A stretch of DNA of 64,000 nt from positions 32,001 to 96,000 of IMG/VR virus record IMGVR_UViG_3300037246_000990; one strand, written 5' to 3'. Origin of the DNA: a virus. This document shows positions 1 through 8,486 of the stretch, piece after piece (position 1 is the first letter of the stretch; every line of letters starts with the position of its first letter). The position numbers and the translations under genes are program-made. The notes below the pieces were generated by a model. The model saw only the letters and a program-made list of their open reading frames with translations, had not been told where the DNA came from and ran no database searches.

Positions 1-248
1 TAACTACAGTCCTGACTGAGGAGTTCGCCTGTACTGGGGTCAATATGCTCCTTGTGAAGCAGCGTCCACATCTCTAAGACGGCGAGAGGGTGCTTCTGTA
101 TGTAGGCGTCGTGTGTGTTCCAATAGGCTTCTGGATCCTTGTCCCAATCAGGAAAGGACACCAATGTACCAGTAGCAAGGTAGCGACGATGATTAGTGTA
201 TTTTATGTATTCTTCTTCCGTCTCATACCGGATTACTTGATCTGACAT
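1..248 (-). CDS. hypothetical protein (may run off the window edge)
   Basis: ATG at 248 after GGAG; open frame MSDQVIRYETEEEY... to the edge. Confidence 0.5.
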   Translation of the reverse strand, partial: MSDQVIRYETEEEYIKYTNHRRYLATGTLVSFPDWDKDPEAYWNTHDAYIQKHPLAVLEMWTLLHKEHIDPSTGELLSQDCS

Positions 249-496
249 TGCTCTCCCTGCGCCCCGAAGGGCGAACCCAGGCGACCTGCGTACTGAGCCA
301 CCTGGGCTCTAAATACAAGATCACCTCCTTCTTCTGAGTTGAAGTTCGTTGAGCATAGCGTCATGCCTCCTCTATACAACGTCATCTTCCTCTTCCTCTG
401 TACCTGTCGCGTACCGGACGAACCTGTAGAACAACGCAAACGCCTGGTCCTTGGTGAGCTTCGGCACTGCGACGAACCAGTAATGCAAGAAATATC

Positions 497-946
497 TCAT
501 ATTACATGAGTCCATGTTTTGTTTCGTTTGATGCAGCCTATTGTGGTACGATGCACCTCATAATCTTTACTTATCACACGATGTGTTCTAGGGTCACAAC
601 GAATAGCTCTCACTTGTACTTCAGTGAGTTTTGCTCTTCCGTTGTGAACTCCACGAGAGACTCCGGCTACCTGCCGTCCTTTGTGCACCTTGTCGGCCAT
701 GTTGTCAGCTTGTGTACCCAAGAACAGATGAGAAGGTCTTACACATTTACCGTTGTCACAGCTATGGCACACGCACATCCCTTTAGGGATACTACCGTGT
801 CCCATCTCCCATGCTACTCTGTGCGCGGCAATACGGCGTCCTCTCAAGGTGAAGTAAGGATACTTTCCATTGAAGTTACGCCATACCCAGCATTCTGGCC
901 CACTCTTCACCTTAGCCCAAAACCTTTCTTTAATACTAATCTTCAT
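497..946 (-). CDS. HNH homing endonuclease (HNH_3 type) with C-terminal HTH-like tail
   Basis: [40 protein letters not shown]; start moved to ATG 946 after GGAG. Confidence 0.88.
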   Translation of the reverse strand: MKISIKERFWAKVKSGPECWVWRNFNGKYPYFTLRGRRIAAHRVAWEMGHGSIPKGMCVCHSCDNGKCVRPSHLFLGTQADNMADKVHKGRQVAGVSRGVHNGRAKLTEVQVRAIRCDPRTHRVISKDYEVHRTTIGCIKRNKTWTHVI

Positions 947-954
947 TTCTACTC

Positions 955-1135
955 CTAAAATGAAAGCGGGGTTAACTTCTGCCGGGTCTTCCCTGAACAC
1001 CGCTGAAGGGTGCCCCCGCTGGCAGGGAGACTTAGAGACAGCCTCCTGGGTGGATCCTACTGCCGTGTCTAGCACGGGTGAGATCCGGAAAACCTTCCGG
1101 GTTGTGCTTCTGCGAGAGGCCATTGGAAGGTGTTG
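955..1135 (-). ncRNA. candidate structured RNA between tRNA and HNH gene
   Basis: several GC-rich stems (CCGGAA/TTCCGG, CCGTG/CACGG, GGGCACC/GGTGTTC, AGCGGGG/CCCCGCT); no convincing ORF. Confidence 0.3.
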
Positions 1136-1138
1136 TAC

Positions 1139-1212
1139 TGGAGCTAATAGTAGGGATCGGACCCACATCATCGAAGTACAAAACCGAGGCTCTACCATTG
1201 AGCTATATTGGC
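1139..1212 (-). tRNA. tRNA-Thr(UGU), degenerate
   Basis: cloverleaf GCCAATA-TAGCTCAATGGTAGAGC-anticodon TGT-...TCCA; C.A mismatch in acceptor stem, T-loop TCCGATC. Confidence 0.75.
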
Positions 1213-1268
1213 GCATGTCCTTGCTCCTACTTAATTATAGGAATTCTCTCATTCCTTTGCCATGTATC

Positions 1269-1297
1269 ATTATAGCTTTTCCTGAGAATAATTGCAA
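1269..1297 (-). promoter_or_regulatory. sigma70-type promoter driving the tRNA/HNH unit
   Basis: TTGCAA-N17-TATAAT on - strand; shares GAAAAGCTATAAT with the + copies. Confidence 0.8.
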
Positions 1298-1308
1298 CTT
1301 TCGGGGGG

Positions 1309-1337
1309 TTGCAAAAGTTTGAAAGAAAAGCTATAAT
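1309..1337 (+). promoter_or_regulatory. sigma70-type promoter, repeated family copy 1
   Basis: TTGCAA-aagtttgaaagaaaagc-TATAAT; identical at 35556 and 52687. Confidence 0.85.
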
Positions 1338-1343
1338 GAAGGT

Positions 1344-1658
1344 ATGAAAGAATGGATAGAAGGTTCAGGGGTTTACAGGGTTCCAGTCGAGGAACTCCCT
1401 AAGGATGCGTGGTTTGTCAGAGACCCAAAACGGTATGAAAACGAAGAAGTACAGCCTCTTCTGCATATCTGTGAGCAGGACCTAGACACAGGGGACACCA
1501 CGACATGGCTCATCTTGACTGCAAGAGTCCGGTGGGACTTTCATCGCGGCCTTTATTACTGTACAGGGTGCAAAAAGACATGGAACTCAACAAACGAGAA
1601 TGGGTTAAGAGCTATCTGGAGCGATGGTTTAGGCACGGGCGACGAAGGTCTGGCTTGA
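1344..1658 (+). CDS. HxC/CxxC zinc-finger paralog family, member 1 (divergent)
   Basis: LLHIC...YCTGC...NGLRAIW. Confidence 0.75.
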   Translation: MKEWIEGSGVYRVPVEELPKDAWFVRDPKRYENEEVQPLLHICEQDLDTGDTTTWLILTARVRWDFHRGLYYCTGCKKTWNSTNENGLRAIWSDGLGTGDEGLA

Positions 1659-2026
1659 GAAACTACCACCGGAAGACGCTCATCCGCAAGGAGATGTGGC
1701 CCCAGATCGACGACTGGTACTGGTGCCCGAAACCCATCATCGATGAGAGGGTCCAGAAGGAGGATGACAGACTGAACATCATTGCTAGAGCCTCTCCGAT
1801 CTGGTTTGCGTTCGAATCGTGGAAGGCCCTACAATACGCATTAGGGTCCCGATTGGCACATGCTTGTGATGATGGCAGGATCAGGGCTGCATCGTGGGTG
1901 GAATACTACAGGGGCAAAGGAGGAAGTATCGGTATCTACGGTAAATGCCGACACTGTGAGGAGACCCTTTCTGATGGGATTAAAGGTATCATCATCATGG
2001 AGGAGGAGCTAGGATGGGAAACATAG
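1655..2026 (+). CDS. Zn-finger paralog family, member 2
   Basis: TTG start overlapping upstream TGA; LAHAC...KCRHCEETLSDGIKGII. Confidence 0.7.
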   Translation: MRNYHRKTLIRKEMWPQIDDWYWCPKPIIDERVQKEDDRLNIIARASPIWFAFESWKALQYALGSRLAHACDDGRIRAASWVEYYRGKGGSIGIYGKCRHCEETLSDGIKGIIIMEEELGWET

Positions 2027-2349
2027 CCCGCACCATTCGTCGTGCTGGACCACTCCGCTTTACCGCCGACTGGAGCTGTAGCACCGTCTATCAACGCGTC
2101 CCTTCCAAAGAAGAGACGCAAAAGTCGCAAACTTCGATAAAGAAAATAGCCGAGAGGGTATACCTCGTTAAGTACAACTCAGTCGCGCATGAGATGCTCG
2201 TCCACCTCTGCGAGGATCGAGGAGACTACAAAGAGATGACATTCCGTGAGAACGACGACGGCCCGATGTATTGGTGTGAAGGGTGTGGGTTCGTTCTCGA
2301 TGACGGTACAGCGATGGCAATACGACTTTACGAAGCACCGATTTCATAG
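2014..2349 (+). CDS. Zn-finger paralog family, member 3
   Basis: LVHLC...WCEGCGFVLDDG; GGAG RBS. Confidence 0.75.
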   Translation: MGNIARTIRRAGPLRFTADWSCSTVYQRVPSKEETQKSQTSIKKIAERVYLVKYNSVAHEMLVHLCEDRGDYKEMTFRENDDGPMYWCEGCGFVLDDGTAMAIRLYEAPIS

Positions 2350-2357
2350 GAGACAAC

Positions 2358-2564
2358 ATGGGTAAACGAAGACGCAATCCGAAAACAATCCTTGCAGGAG
2401 CAATAGGGTTCTCGAAAATACGTTACTGCCCGGATCACAACAAGCCTGTGAAGGCCGTGAGACTGTTCGGCAGAAAAAGTATGATGTTCCACTGTGCCGA
2501 AGGCTGCAAGCTGGACAAGAACAGAACCGTCCTCAAGGTGCCGGAAGGCCCCCAGAAACGATAA
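2358..2564 (+). CDS. small basic Cys/His protein (not a family member)
   Basis: AGGAG RBS; CPDH...HCAEGC. Confidence 0.7.
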   Translation: MGKRRRNPKTILAGAIGFSKIRYCPDHNKPVKAVRLFGRKSMMFHCAEGCKLDKNRTVLKVPEGPQKR

Positions 2565-2947
2565 TGCCGGATATAATGCTGAAGTACGGCTGCACAGAAG
2601 ACCAAATCCGATTCGAAATGGATGACTGGGCGTTGGTCGCTACGCCCGTAGGTCACGAAGGATTGGACTGTGTGCATGGATGCCACCGCAAAGACAGCAT
2701 AGGCATAGTCATTCAGTGGAGCTACGCGATACCGGGCGATCCGAATTGCCCTGGTTGTGACGCGGTCATGCCTGATGAGGTACAGGGCTTGTTCCAAATG
2801 GCAAATGCAGACTATATAGGGCGGATCCCTATTGGTTGGTACAAGCAAGAGATCGAACGTGGCGTCGCCAAAAGCTTCGCCCAACTCGAGAAGCAATACT
2901 TCCTCAGCGGGTCAGGGTATAAGTACGACCCCAAGGAGGAGGCATGA
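2564..2947 (+). CDS. Zn-finger paralog family, member 4
   Basis: MDDWAL..VHGC..CPGCDAVMPDEVQGLF. Confidence 0.8.
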   Translation: MPDIMLKYGCTEDQIRFEMDDWALVATPVGHEGLDCVHGCHRKDSIGIVIQWSYAIPGDPNCPGCDAVMPDEVQGLFQMANADYIGRIPIGWYKQEIERGVAKSFAQLEKQYFLSGSGYKYDPKEEA

Positions 2948-3480
2948 GCGGATACCACCAGATGATTAAGGATCTCATGACGAGACCTAAGATACCGGCC
3001 AGCCTTCACACAGTGGGCAAATGGGCTATACCCACAGAAAGCGCAATGCTTTTTACGGCAGGCGGGCACCCTGTTCAACCACCGCCACCTCCACATACAC
3101 TGATCTACAACGACAAAGACCCGGACTACAATCCTCATTTCGAAGACCTAAAAGAAGTAACCTGTGAAATCCTTTTTGAACTCGACGGGTGGCAAATCGA
3201 GCACTACGAAGGTACCCCTACCCCATCTGAAGTGGATTGGATCTCGCACGACTGCCCGGTAGAGAAATGGCGCTATCGCATCGATCAATGGCAATTGATG
3301 GGCGACGGCGTATGCCCTGCTTGTTGCACACCCGTTCCGGACGAGGTGATGGGATTATGGAAACTAAAGAACTTCGACAAACTCCCCGCAATGGAAGAAG
3401 CGAGACACATGAGCCACGTACGTATCTATCCGGATAGCCACACGCCTGAAGATGCAGAAGGAGATATGCCGTGGGTCTAG
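2944..3480 (+). CDS. Zn-finger paralog family, member 5 (Pro-rich N-terminal extension)
   Basis: LDGWQI..SHDC..CPACCTPVPDEVMGLW. Confidence 0.8.
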   Translation: MSGYHQMIKDLMTRPKIPASLHTVGKWAIPTESAMLFTAGGHPVQPPPPPHTLIYNDKDPDYNPHFEDLKEVTCEILFELDGWQIEHYEGTPTPSEVDWISHDCPVEKWRYRIDQWQLMGDGVCPACCTPVPDEVMGLWKLKNFDKLPAMEEARHMSHVRIYPDSHTPEDAEGDMPWV

Positions 3481-3752
3481 AAGATCTCTTCTTGTACAAC
3501 GACACACCTATAATCGAGGAAGGAACATGGAGACTCCTCGCACCTACTAAATGGGGTGTGAAATGGAAACACCTTTCCGAAGCACCTATCGTGATTCACG
3601 TATGCCCTAAAGCTCCTTTATATGCGGGGGAGCGTGAAGTCAGCTCTAACCGCATGAAAGACTCCCCATACTGCACGATATGCAAAGAAGAGGTCCCTGA
3701 GAGCATCCAAGCCGTATGGCAGATGACACATATGGAGGCAATGTTAGGATGA
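3471..3752 (+). CDS. Zn-finger paralog family, member 6
   Basis: EGTWRL..IHVC..CTICKEEVPESIQAVW. Confidence 0.8.
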   Translation: MGLEDLFLYNDTPIIEEGTWRLLAPTKWGVKWKHLSEAPIVIHVCPKAPLYAGEREVSSNRMKDSPYCTICKEEVPESIQAVWQMTHMEAMLG

Positions 3753-4024
3753 ACCCCTTTTCTCTAGCCAACTACGAATGCGTAATGGAAGATGAGACTT
3801 GGTACCTAGTCCGAAACAATTGGTCACGCAACTACAACCTACGCCATTACTGCGCTGATGGGGAGATGGACGACCTCTGTGCGAGGTACCGCTGGGATGA
3901 GTTCCAGCGGGCTTGCCGGAGATGTGGGAGCCTCCCGAGCAAAGAGATCCAAGGGATGTACGTCATGTTGACAGGAGACATGGACGCTGCCCCTCGGTGT
4001 GTACCAGAAGGGACAAAGTACTAG
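3749..4024 (+). CDS. Zn-finger paralog family, member 7
   Basis: DETWYL..RHYC..CRRCGSLPSKEIQGMY; ATGA overlap. Confidence 0.8.
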   Translation: MNPFSLANYECVMEDETWYLVRNNWSRNYNLRHYCADGEMDDLCARYRWDEFQRACRRCGSLPSKEIQGMYVMLTGDMDAAPRCVPEGTKY

Positions 4025-4032
4025 GAGACGCT

Positions 4033-4374
4033 ATGACGTACCAACCGACAGCGTACATGAGCATGCTACAGCGAGAAGGCCGATTCCGGTTGTTGAAGAG
4101 CAAGCTGAGCAAAGACGTCCGGATCTGGCATAACTGCGAGACCTACGGCGACGCAGAACTCGTCAAGCACCGTACCGTCTACGTATGCCAGTACGGCGAC
4201 TGGGAACAGTTCGATTCTAGTCCGGATGAGCATGGCTGGCGCTGCACGATGTGCAACGCTCTCAGCCCTGAAGGGTTAACTGGAATCTACATCATGCTGG
4301 ACTGGGACCGCGCTACAAACGAAATCGCAAACGTTTCAGAGCAAATGTCCGAGTATGAGGCGTTACCGTTTTGA
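4033..4374 (+). CDS. Zn-finger paralog family, member 8
   Basis: EGRFRL..WHNC..CTMCNALSPEGLTGIY. Confidence 0.8.
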   Translation: MTYQPTAYMSMLQREGRFRLLKSKLSKDVRIWHNCETYGDAELVKHRTVYVCQYGDWEQFDSSPDEHGWRCTMCNALSPEGLTGIYIMLDWDRATNEIANVSEQMSEYEALPF

Positions 4375-4638
4375 GTGACTACCGTGAGTAGCTTCCTCGA
4401 CGAGCAGATCCTGTGGGAGGATGACGGGTTCATCATCATCACCGATCACTACATCGATCCTGGCCGGGAGGGATTACCGACTGCCACGTTGTGGCACCGA
4501 TGCCGTGACAAGACAGACGATGCCAGCGTGATATGCCGCCCGCAAGAATACCCATGGTGCTCTGGTTGTCACCTTCATGTTCCTGCTGAGCTGGTTGGGT
4601 TCTGGGAGCTGGTGCGATACGGGCAGGAGCAAGGATGA
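4375..4638 (+). CDS. Zn-finger paralog family, member 9
   Basis: DDGFII..WHRC..CSGCHLHVPAELVGFW. Confidence 0.8.
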   Translation: MTTVSSFLDEQILWEDDGFIIITDHYIDPGREGLPTATLWHRCRDKTDDASVICRPQEYPWCSGCHLHVPAELVGFWELVRYGQEQG

Positions 4639-5087
4639 GTTTATCTAACATGATTAACGTGAGAGACGTATGGAAAGACCAAGCCGAGTACATCGAAAAA
4701 GAGTACGGCGATGAGAAGCTCAAACGAGGCCGGTGGAGAGTCATCCAGTACTCCGTACACCACAGCGATGTAGGAGAGCACGGACTCTGGCACCAGTGTG
4801 AAAAGACAGAATGGGAGATGTACCTTTGTGAGTACCGAGCCGACGTAGGGTCTGACTCTAGTTTCAATGGGACCCGGAAGATCAAGCCCAACTGGCACTG
4901 CGAGAACTGCTTCGCAGTTCCACCCGCAAGCATCGTTGCTGTCTGGTGCCTGCTAGAGCCTGACGTAACCTCCGCGGAGGTGAGCACAGCCTTGAAGCTA
5001 CGCGCCGATATAGACGACGAAGAAAGGTATGATAACGTATGTTGGCAAAGCAGGCAGGTCCCCCTCCCGTACAAAGGGCCCTACTAA
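4635..5087 (+). CDS. Zn-finger paralog family, member 10
   Basis: RGRWRV..WHQC..CENCFAVPPASIVAVW. Confidence 0.8.
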   Translation: MSLSNMINVRDVWKDQAEYIEKEYGDEKLKRGRWRVIQYSVHHSDVGEHGLWHQCEKTEWEMYLCEYRADVGSDSSFNGTRKIKPNWHCENCFAVPPASIVAVWCLLEPDVTSAEVSTALKLRADIDDEERYDNVCWQSRQVPLPYKGPY

Positions 5088-5347
5088 TGGATACCCTGGA
5101 CGTCTACAAAACTGACGGGGACTGGCGGTTGTCTCGCAGGTGCGCCGGGACAAAGATGCGGCATACGTTCCTAGAGCACAACTGCGGTTACGAAGACCCC
5201 CGGGCAGTGGTACAACCTAGCAAACGGTACTGGCATGCGCTTATCTACACCGTCGAGGCCCGAAACCAGGCTTGTGCTCTTTGTCAGACCCGGGCTTCAG
5301 ACGGCCTCCAAGCGATATTCTGGATCATGAAAGAGGAGCCCATATGA
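5087..5347 (+). CDS. Zn-finger paralog family, member 11
   Basis: DGDWRL..EHNC..CALCQTRASDGLQAIFW. Confidence 0.8.
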   Translation: MDTLDVYKTDGDWRLSRRCAGTKMRHTFLEHNCGYEDPRAVVQPSKRYWHALIYTVEARNQACALCQTRASDGLQAIFWIMKEEPI

Positions 5348-5583
5348 CTGACGTCAAAACGGTCCGCTTTGAAGATGGACTTTTCAGGCTATCCCGGTAC
5401 CGATACAAGGGCGGGTTTGACTGGTGGTTCATCGAGCACCGGTGTGGCCGTGGAGGCCACTGGAAATGGTTTAGTGGGGTCCCGGAAGACTGCCACGCAC
5501 CGTGTTGGGCTTGCACAGCCGTCGTTCCGGACGGGCTCCATGCGATGTTCTGGTTCGTGAAGGATGGACAAGGTTATGAATGA
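5344..5583 (+). CDS. Zn-finger paralog family, member 12
   Basis: DGLFRL..EHRC..CWACTAVVPDGLHAMFW. Confidence 0.8.
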   Translation: MTDVKTVRFEDGLFRLSRYRYKGGFDWWFIEHRCGRGGHWKWFSGVPEDCHAPCWACTAVVPDGLHAMFWFVKDGQGYE

Positions 5584-5842
5584 CTCGAAAACGCAACCCA
5601 CCCCCTTAGCCGCCGAAGGTGGTTGGGGGTTGTATGAGCAAGGCGAAGACACGCCAGACTACATGCAAGGAACCCCTTACTTGTGGTATTTGTGGCATGA
5701 CTGTGGGCCCGAGAGGGTGGGCTGCGCCCAACGATTCATGTACAAGCATATGGACACAGCTTGTTCATGGTGTAACTGCCCTGTACCTGCGGGGCTCCAG
5801 GCGTTGTTCGTCCTGCTGACAGGAGACATGGAACATGAATAA
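5576..5842 (+). CDS. Zn-finger paralog family, member 13
   Basis: EGGWGL..WHDC..CSWCNCPVPAGLQALF. Confidence 0.8.
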   Translation: MNDSKTQPTPLAAEGGWGLYEQGEDTPDYMQGTPYLWYLWHDCGPERVGCAQRFMYKHMDTACSWCNCPVPAGLQALFVLLTGDMEHE

Positions 5843-6068
5843 AGAGACTCTGATCACTATCGATGCCTTCCGGATTACTCAACGCCCCTGGAACTCAAGC
5901 TCTGTATATATCGAGCATTATTGTAATGGGGAATACACCGGACGTGGCCCGGGTTGGTTGGTTCACGCTTGCGACACCAGAGCCAGCCAACACCCTTGCT
6001 GCTTCTGCAAAGAGAAACCAGCAGACGGGATCCAGGCCATGTTCTGGTTCTTGAAGGAAGGGTCATGA
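5835..6068 (+). CDS. Zn-finger paralog family, member 14
   Basis: IDAFRI..EHYC..CCFCKEKPADGIQAMFWFLKE. Confidence 0.8.
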   Translation: MNKETLITIDAFRITQRPWNSSSVYIEHYCNGEYTGRGPGWLVHACDTRASQHPCCFCKEKPADGIQAMFWFLKEGS

Positions 6069-6304
6069 CAGTTCTGATCACTATCGGTAAGTTCCGGCTT
6101 ACCTACCGCGACCGCATCGCCTCGGGCATGCGTGATGTCTGCATCGAGCATAAATGCGAAAGCGCGAACGCCTGGCCCATGAAAGGCTGGCATCCTTTCG
6201 TTTACGGGCTCGACTACCGGGGTATTTCGTGTTTCGCATGTCATGCGACCCCTGATGAAGGTATCCAGGCCATGTTCTGGTTCTTGAAGGAAGCCCGTGA
6301 CTAA
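6065..6304 (+). CDS. Zn-finger paralog family, member 15
   Basis: IGKFRL..EHKC..CFACHATPDEGIQAMFWFLKE. Confidence 0.8.
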   Translation: MTVLITIGKFRLTYRDRIASGMRDVCIEHKCESANAWPMKGWHPFVYGLDYRGISCFACHATPDEGIQAMFWFLKEARD

Positions 6305-6536
6305 ACAAACCCACATTACAGATGGGAACTGGCGCGTCACAGGCTGGAACGACTCAGGTATCTATGCGTATACCATGATCGAGCATTTATGCGTCAAACA
6401 CCCAGACCTCTCTGGATGGTGCGACCTGAGCTACGGCGTTGCGTATCGCGGGATGCCTTGCATGTACTGCAAGAAATCCGCTCCGGGGGGCATCCAGGCT
6501 GTGTACTGGTTCTTGAAGGATAACGAACTGAAATGA
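6297..6536 (+). CDS. Zn-finger paralog family, member 16
   Basis: DGNWRV..EHLC..CMYCKKSAPGGIQAVYW. Confidence 0.8.
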   Translation: MTKQTHITDGNWRVTGWNDSGIYAYTMIEHLCVKHPDLSGWCDLSYGVAYRGMPCMYCKKSAPGGIQAVYWFLKDNELK

Positions 6537-6832
6537 CTAAAGACGAATGCGAAGTCAAGCTCGAAATGGGCGATTGGATGATAGCGAAGTTCTATGCATC
6601 GAGCGTACACTTCATGTACCACCGATGTCATATTGATAAAGTGTCGTATTACGCAGCGATGTTCCACGAACTGGCGTTCTCTCCAAGAGCAGGATGCTCC
6701 AACCCCTGCTGGGCCTGTGCTGGTTGTGGAGCCTCGGTTCCAGAGGAGCTGGAAACCGTGTATCTACTGCTCGAATCAGAGTACGCGTACGACATCATGC
6801 AAAAGCACCAAAACACCTTAAATAACACCTAA
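6533..6832 (+). CDS. Zn-finger paralog family, member 17
   Basis: MGDWMI..YHRC..CAGCGASVPEELETVY. Confidence 0.8.
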   Translation: MTKDECEVKLEMGDWMIAKFYASSVHFMYHRCHIDKVSYYAAMFHELAFSPRAGCSNPCWACAGCGASVPEELETVYLLLESEYAYDIMQKHQNTLNNT

Positions 6833-7354
6833 ATCAGGCCATTTTCGGGGTCTGATACCCGAGTCCCGACTCAACCCAGTCAAGAGATTCGTAAGAAACA
6901 ACATAGACTTACCATAAATACCTCTAGTACCACCAAGAACCACCATGTGTATATTATAACCCCCATTCCGGCCCTCTAGACCTCCTGTCCTCTGGTCTTG
7001 GGTGTTATAACACCAAGGAATAAGACTAACTACACGTAAATAAAGGCATTATTGCGAATGACAGGTACGATTCTAGCACATAAAGAGCAAAAAGGGTCTA
7101 AAACTACACAGATTCAGCTAATCCCGCGATCTAGTTGGATATATTAAGCTGATGGCAAGACCAACAGACCCACCCCCCCTTAAAAACAGTAGTAGGTACC
7201 TCTATGCTGTAACTCCCTGGCATTGAAGCACTATATCTGTAACCCCACGTCCTTGCTCGGGTATTATCAGTAGAAAACAAGGTCACTATACGGTGTCAGT
7301 CTCAGCCCTCCGAGGGGAAGCTATTTAGTATGGACCGGAGGCAAGTCGGCGGCG

Positions 7355-7367
7355 TAAGTAGTTGATT
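7355..7367. promoter_or_regulatory. IHF consensus site
   Basis: TAAGTAGTTGATT matches YAANNNNTTGATW. Confidence 0.5.
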
Positions 7368-7378
7368 TTATTGACGTT

Positions 7379-7407
7379 TTGACTTTCTCGACCGGATGTG
7401 CGACACT
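7379..7407 (+). promoter_or_regulatory. sigma70-type promoter
   Basis: TTGACT-N17-GACACT with TG extension; followed by 5' hairpin AGCGGCGGA-caa-TCCGCTGCT. Confidence 0.55.
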
Positions 7408-7470
7408 TGAAAAGTCGAGCGGCGGACAATCCGCTGCTACGGTAAACTAAACCCGACATCAGAGAACCAA

Positions 7471-7722
7471 ATGTACAGACTCAGCAAACGACCCAGCCCG
7501 ATGACCATGTTTGTCAGTGCTTGCGACACGGTGAGACGCCAAGAGGCCAAAATCGACGTACAATGTCGCAAACTGGAGGGTCTAAAGGCCTTGGTCCTGG
7601 CCCAAGAGCATAGGATCGAGATAGCAGAGCGCAAGAAGCGACACCTTGAGAAACTCCGGTGGGACAGAGAGCTAATGCTTGGCTTCACTAAAGCCGAGAA
7701 AAAGATCACAACTAGGGCATAA
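7471..7722 (+). CDS. hypothetical coiled-coil protein
   Basis: 83-aa ORF directly after the promoter. Confidence 0.65.
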   Translation: MYRLSKRPSPMTMFVSACDTVRRQEAKIDVQCRKLEGLKALVLAQEHRIEIAERKKRHLEKLRWDRELMLGFTKAEKKITTRA

Positions 7723-7751
7723 TGCCCCAGTCACGTAGGAAGGAGAACACC

Positions 7752-8048
7752 ATGACCAAGACACAACTGAAGGCAGCAAAGGCGGAACTCAAACGGATCA
7801 ATGACTTCATCGCAAAGCACGAACTCGGCGCCGGAGGGTTCGAAATCACAGAGAACGTGGTGAACACCAAGGCCCACGGTGAACGCTACGTGTTCGTGAA
7901 GCTCGACAAGGACGACTTGAAGCTGCGTAAGCAGCTCAAGGGTATTCGCTACGGTGAGCAGGGGCGAGGTAAGGCACGCTGGAACCGCGAAGCGATGCTC
8001 TGGAGCATCAAGGCATCGGCGCTCGATGGCACCGTGTTCGGGTCGTAG
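7752..8048 (+). CDS. basic hypothetical protein, paralog of 11088..11474
   Basis: AGGAG RBS; KAELKR.N.FI and IR.G...RGKAR.N....WSI shared. Confidence 0.8.
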   Translation: MTKTQLKAAKAELKRINDFIAKHELGAGGFEITENVVNTKAHGERYVFVKLDKDDLKLRKQLKGIRYGEQGRGKARWNREAMLWSIKASALDGTVFGS

Positions 8049-8137
8049 CGTGGAGATCCTAGTCTGTCTGATAGTCGTCATGGTACTGTACCTATGCCTT
8101 CGTGACGGCTGCTAAAGCTGATCTGGCAGCATAGTAA

Positions 8138-8198
8138 CATAGCTCAAAGGCACAAAGGGTACCATTAACGACCTTTGTAGCCTTTGGTCTATGATGCA
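8138..8198 (+). repeat. hairpin repeat A copy 1
   Basis: 61 bp identical to 8737-8797; long imperfect stem. Confidence 0.9.
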
Positions 8199-8226
8199 TA
8201 CCGCATTGTAGCCACAAGAGGGTATT

Positions 8227-8439
8227 ATGAAATACATAACAAAGCCGGAAAAGGCCGAGGCTGAAGTGACGACAAAGACCACCGACGAGGGTGTGAACGT
8301 GATCATCAATGGGTGCGTTGTGTTGGCGTTCAAGAATGGCGACGACAGAGTGCAGCTCATCAAAGGTGTCAGTGAGGCCAGGACAGGGCTTCGGACGGAC
8401 AATGTTGGGCTTGTCTTTGTCAACGTGTGTGCTGAGTAG
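8227..8439 (+). CDS. hypothetical protein
   Basis: GAGG RBS, 70 aa. Confidence 0.7.
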   Translation: MKYITKPEKAEAEVTTKTTDEGVNVIINGCVVLAFKNGDDRVQLIKGVSEARTGLRTDNVGLVFVNVCAE

Positions 8440-8471
8440 GAGAGCGAAGCTCTCCCCAAGGCCACAAGAGG
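8435..8471 (+). repeat. repeat B copy 1 (GGAGAGC-GAA-GCTCTCC hairpin plus CAAGGCCACAAGAGG)
   Basis: near-identical copy at 9070-9105. Confidence 0.8.
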
Positions 8472-8486
8472 CTCGAATGACGTTAT

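Larger units (their letters stand above)
6833..7470. other. long non-coding region (candidate origin or packaging terminus)
   Basis: no ORF of 60 aa or more; palindrome 7001-7014; IHF-like site; short repeats. Confidence 0.5.

Noticed and set aside
947-1216. N-terminal 90-aa extension of the 239-aa HNH ORF
   Set aside because: It overlaps the tRNA and structured region; the RBS and comparison with the other HNH genes place the start at 946.
1505-1654. Start of ORF 1505..2026 at 1505
   Set aside because: It would overlap the upstream gene by about 150 bp; TTG 1655 gives the typical 4-bp coupling.
1344-6832. Diversity-generating retroelement behind the Zn-finger diversity
   Set aside because: No reverse transcriptase in the window and no template/variable pair differing only at adenines; the loops differ in length.
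8439-8455. N4-type virion RNA polymerase hairpin promoter (GC-GAA-GC)
   Set aside because: Only two copies, each placed right at a stop codon, without the flanking N4 consensus; no such polymerase is recognisable in the window.
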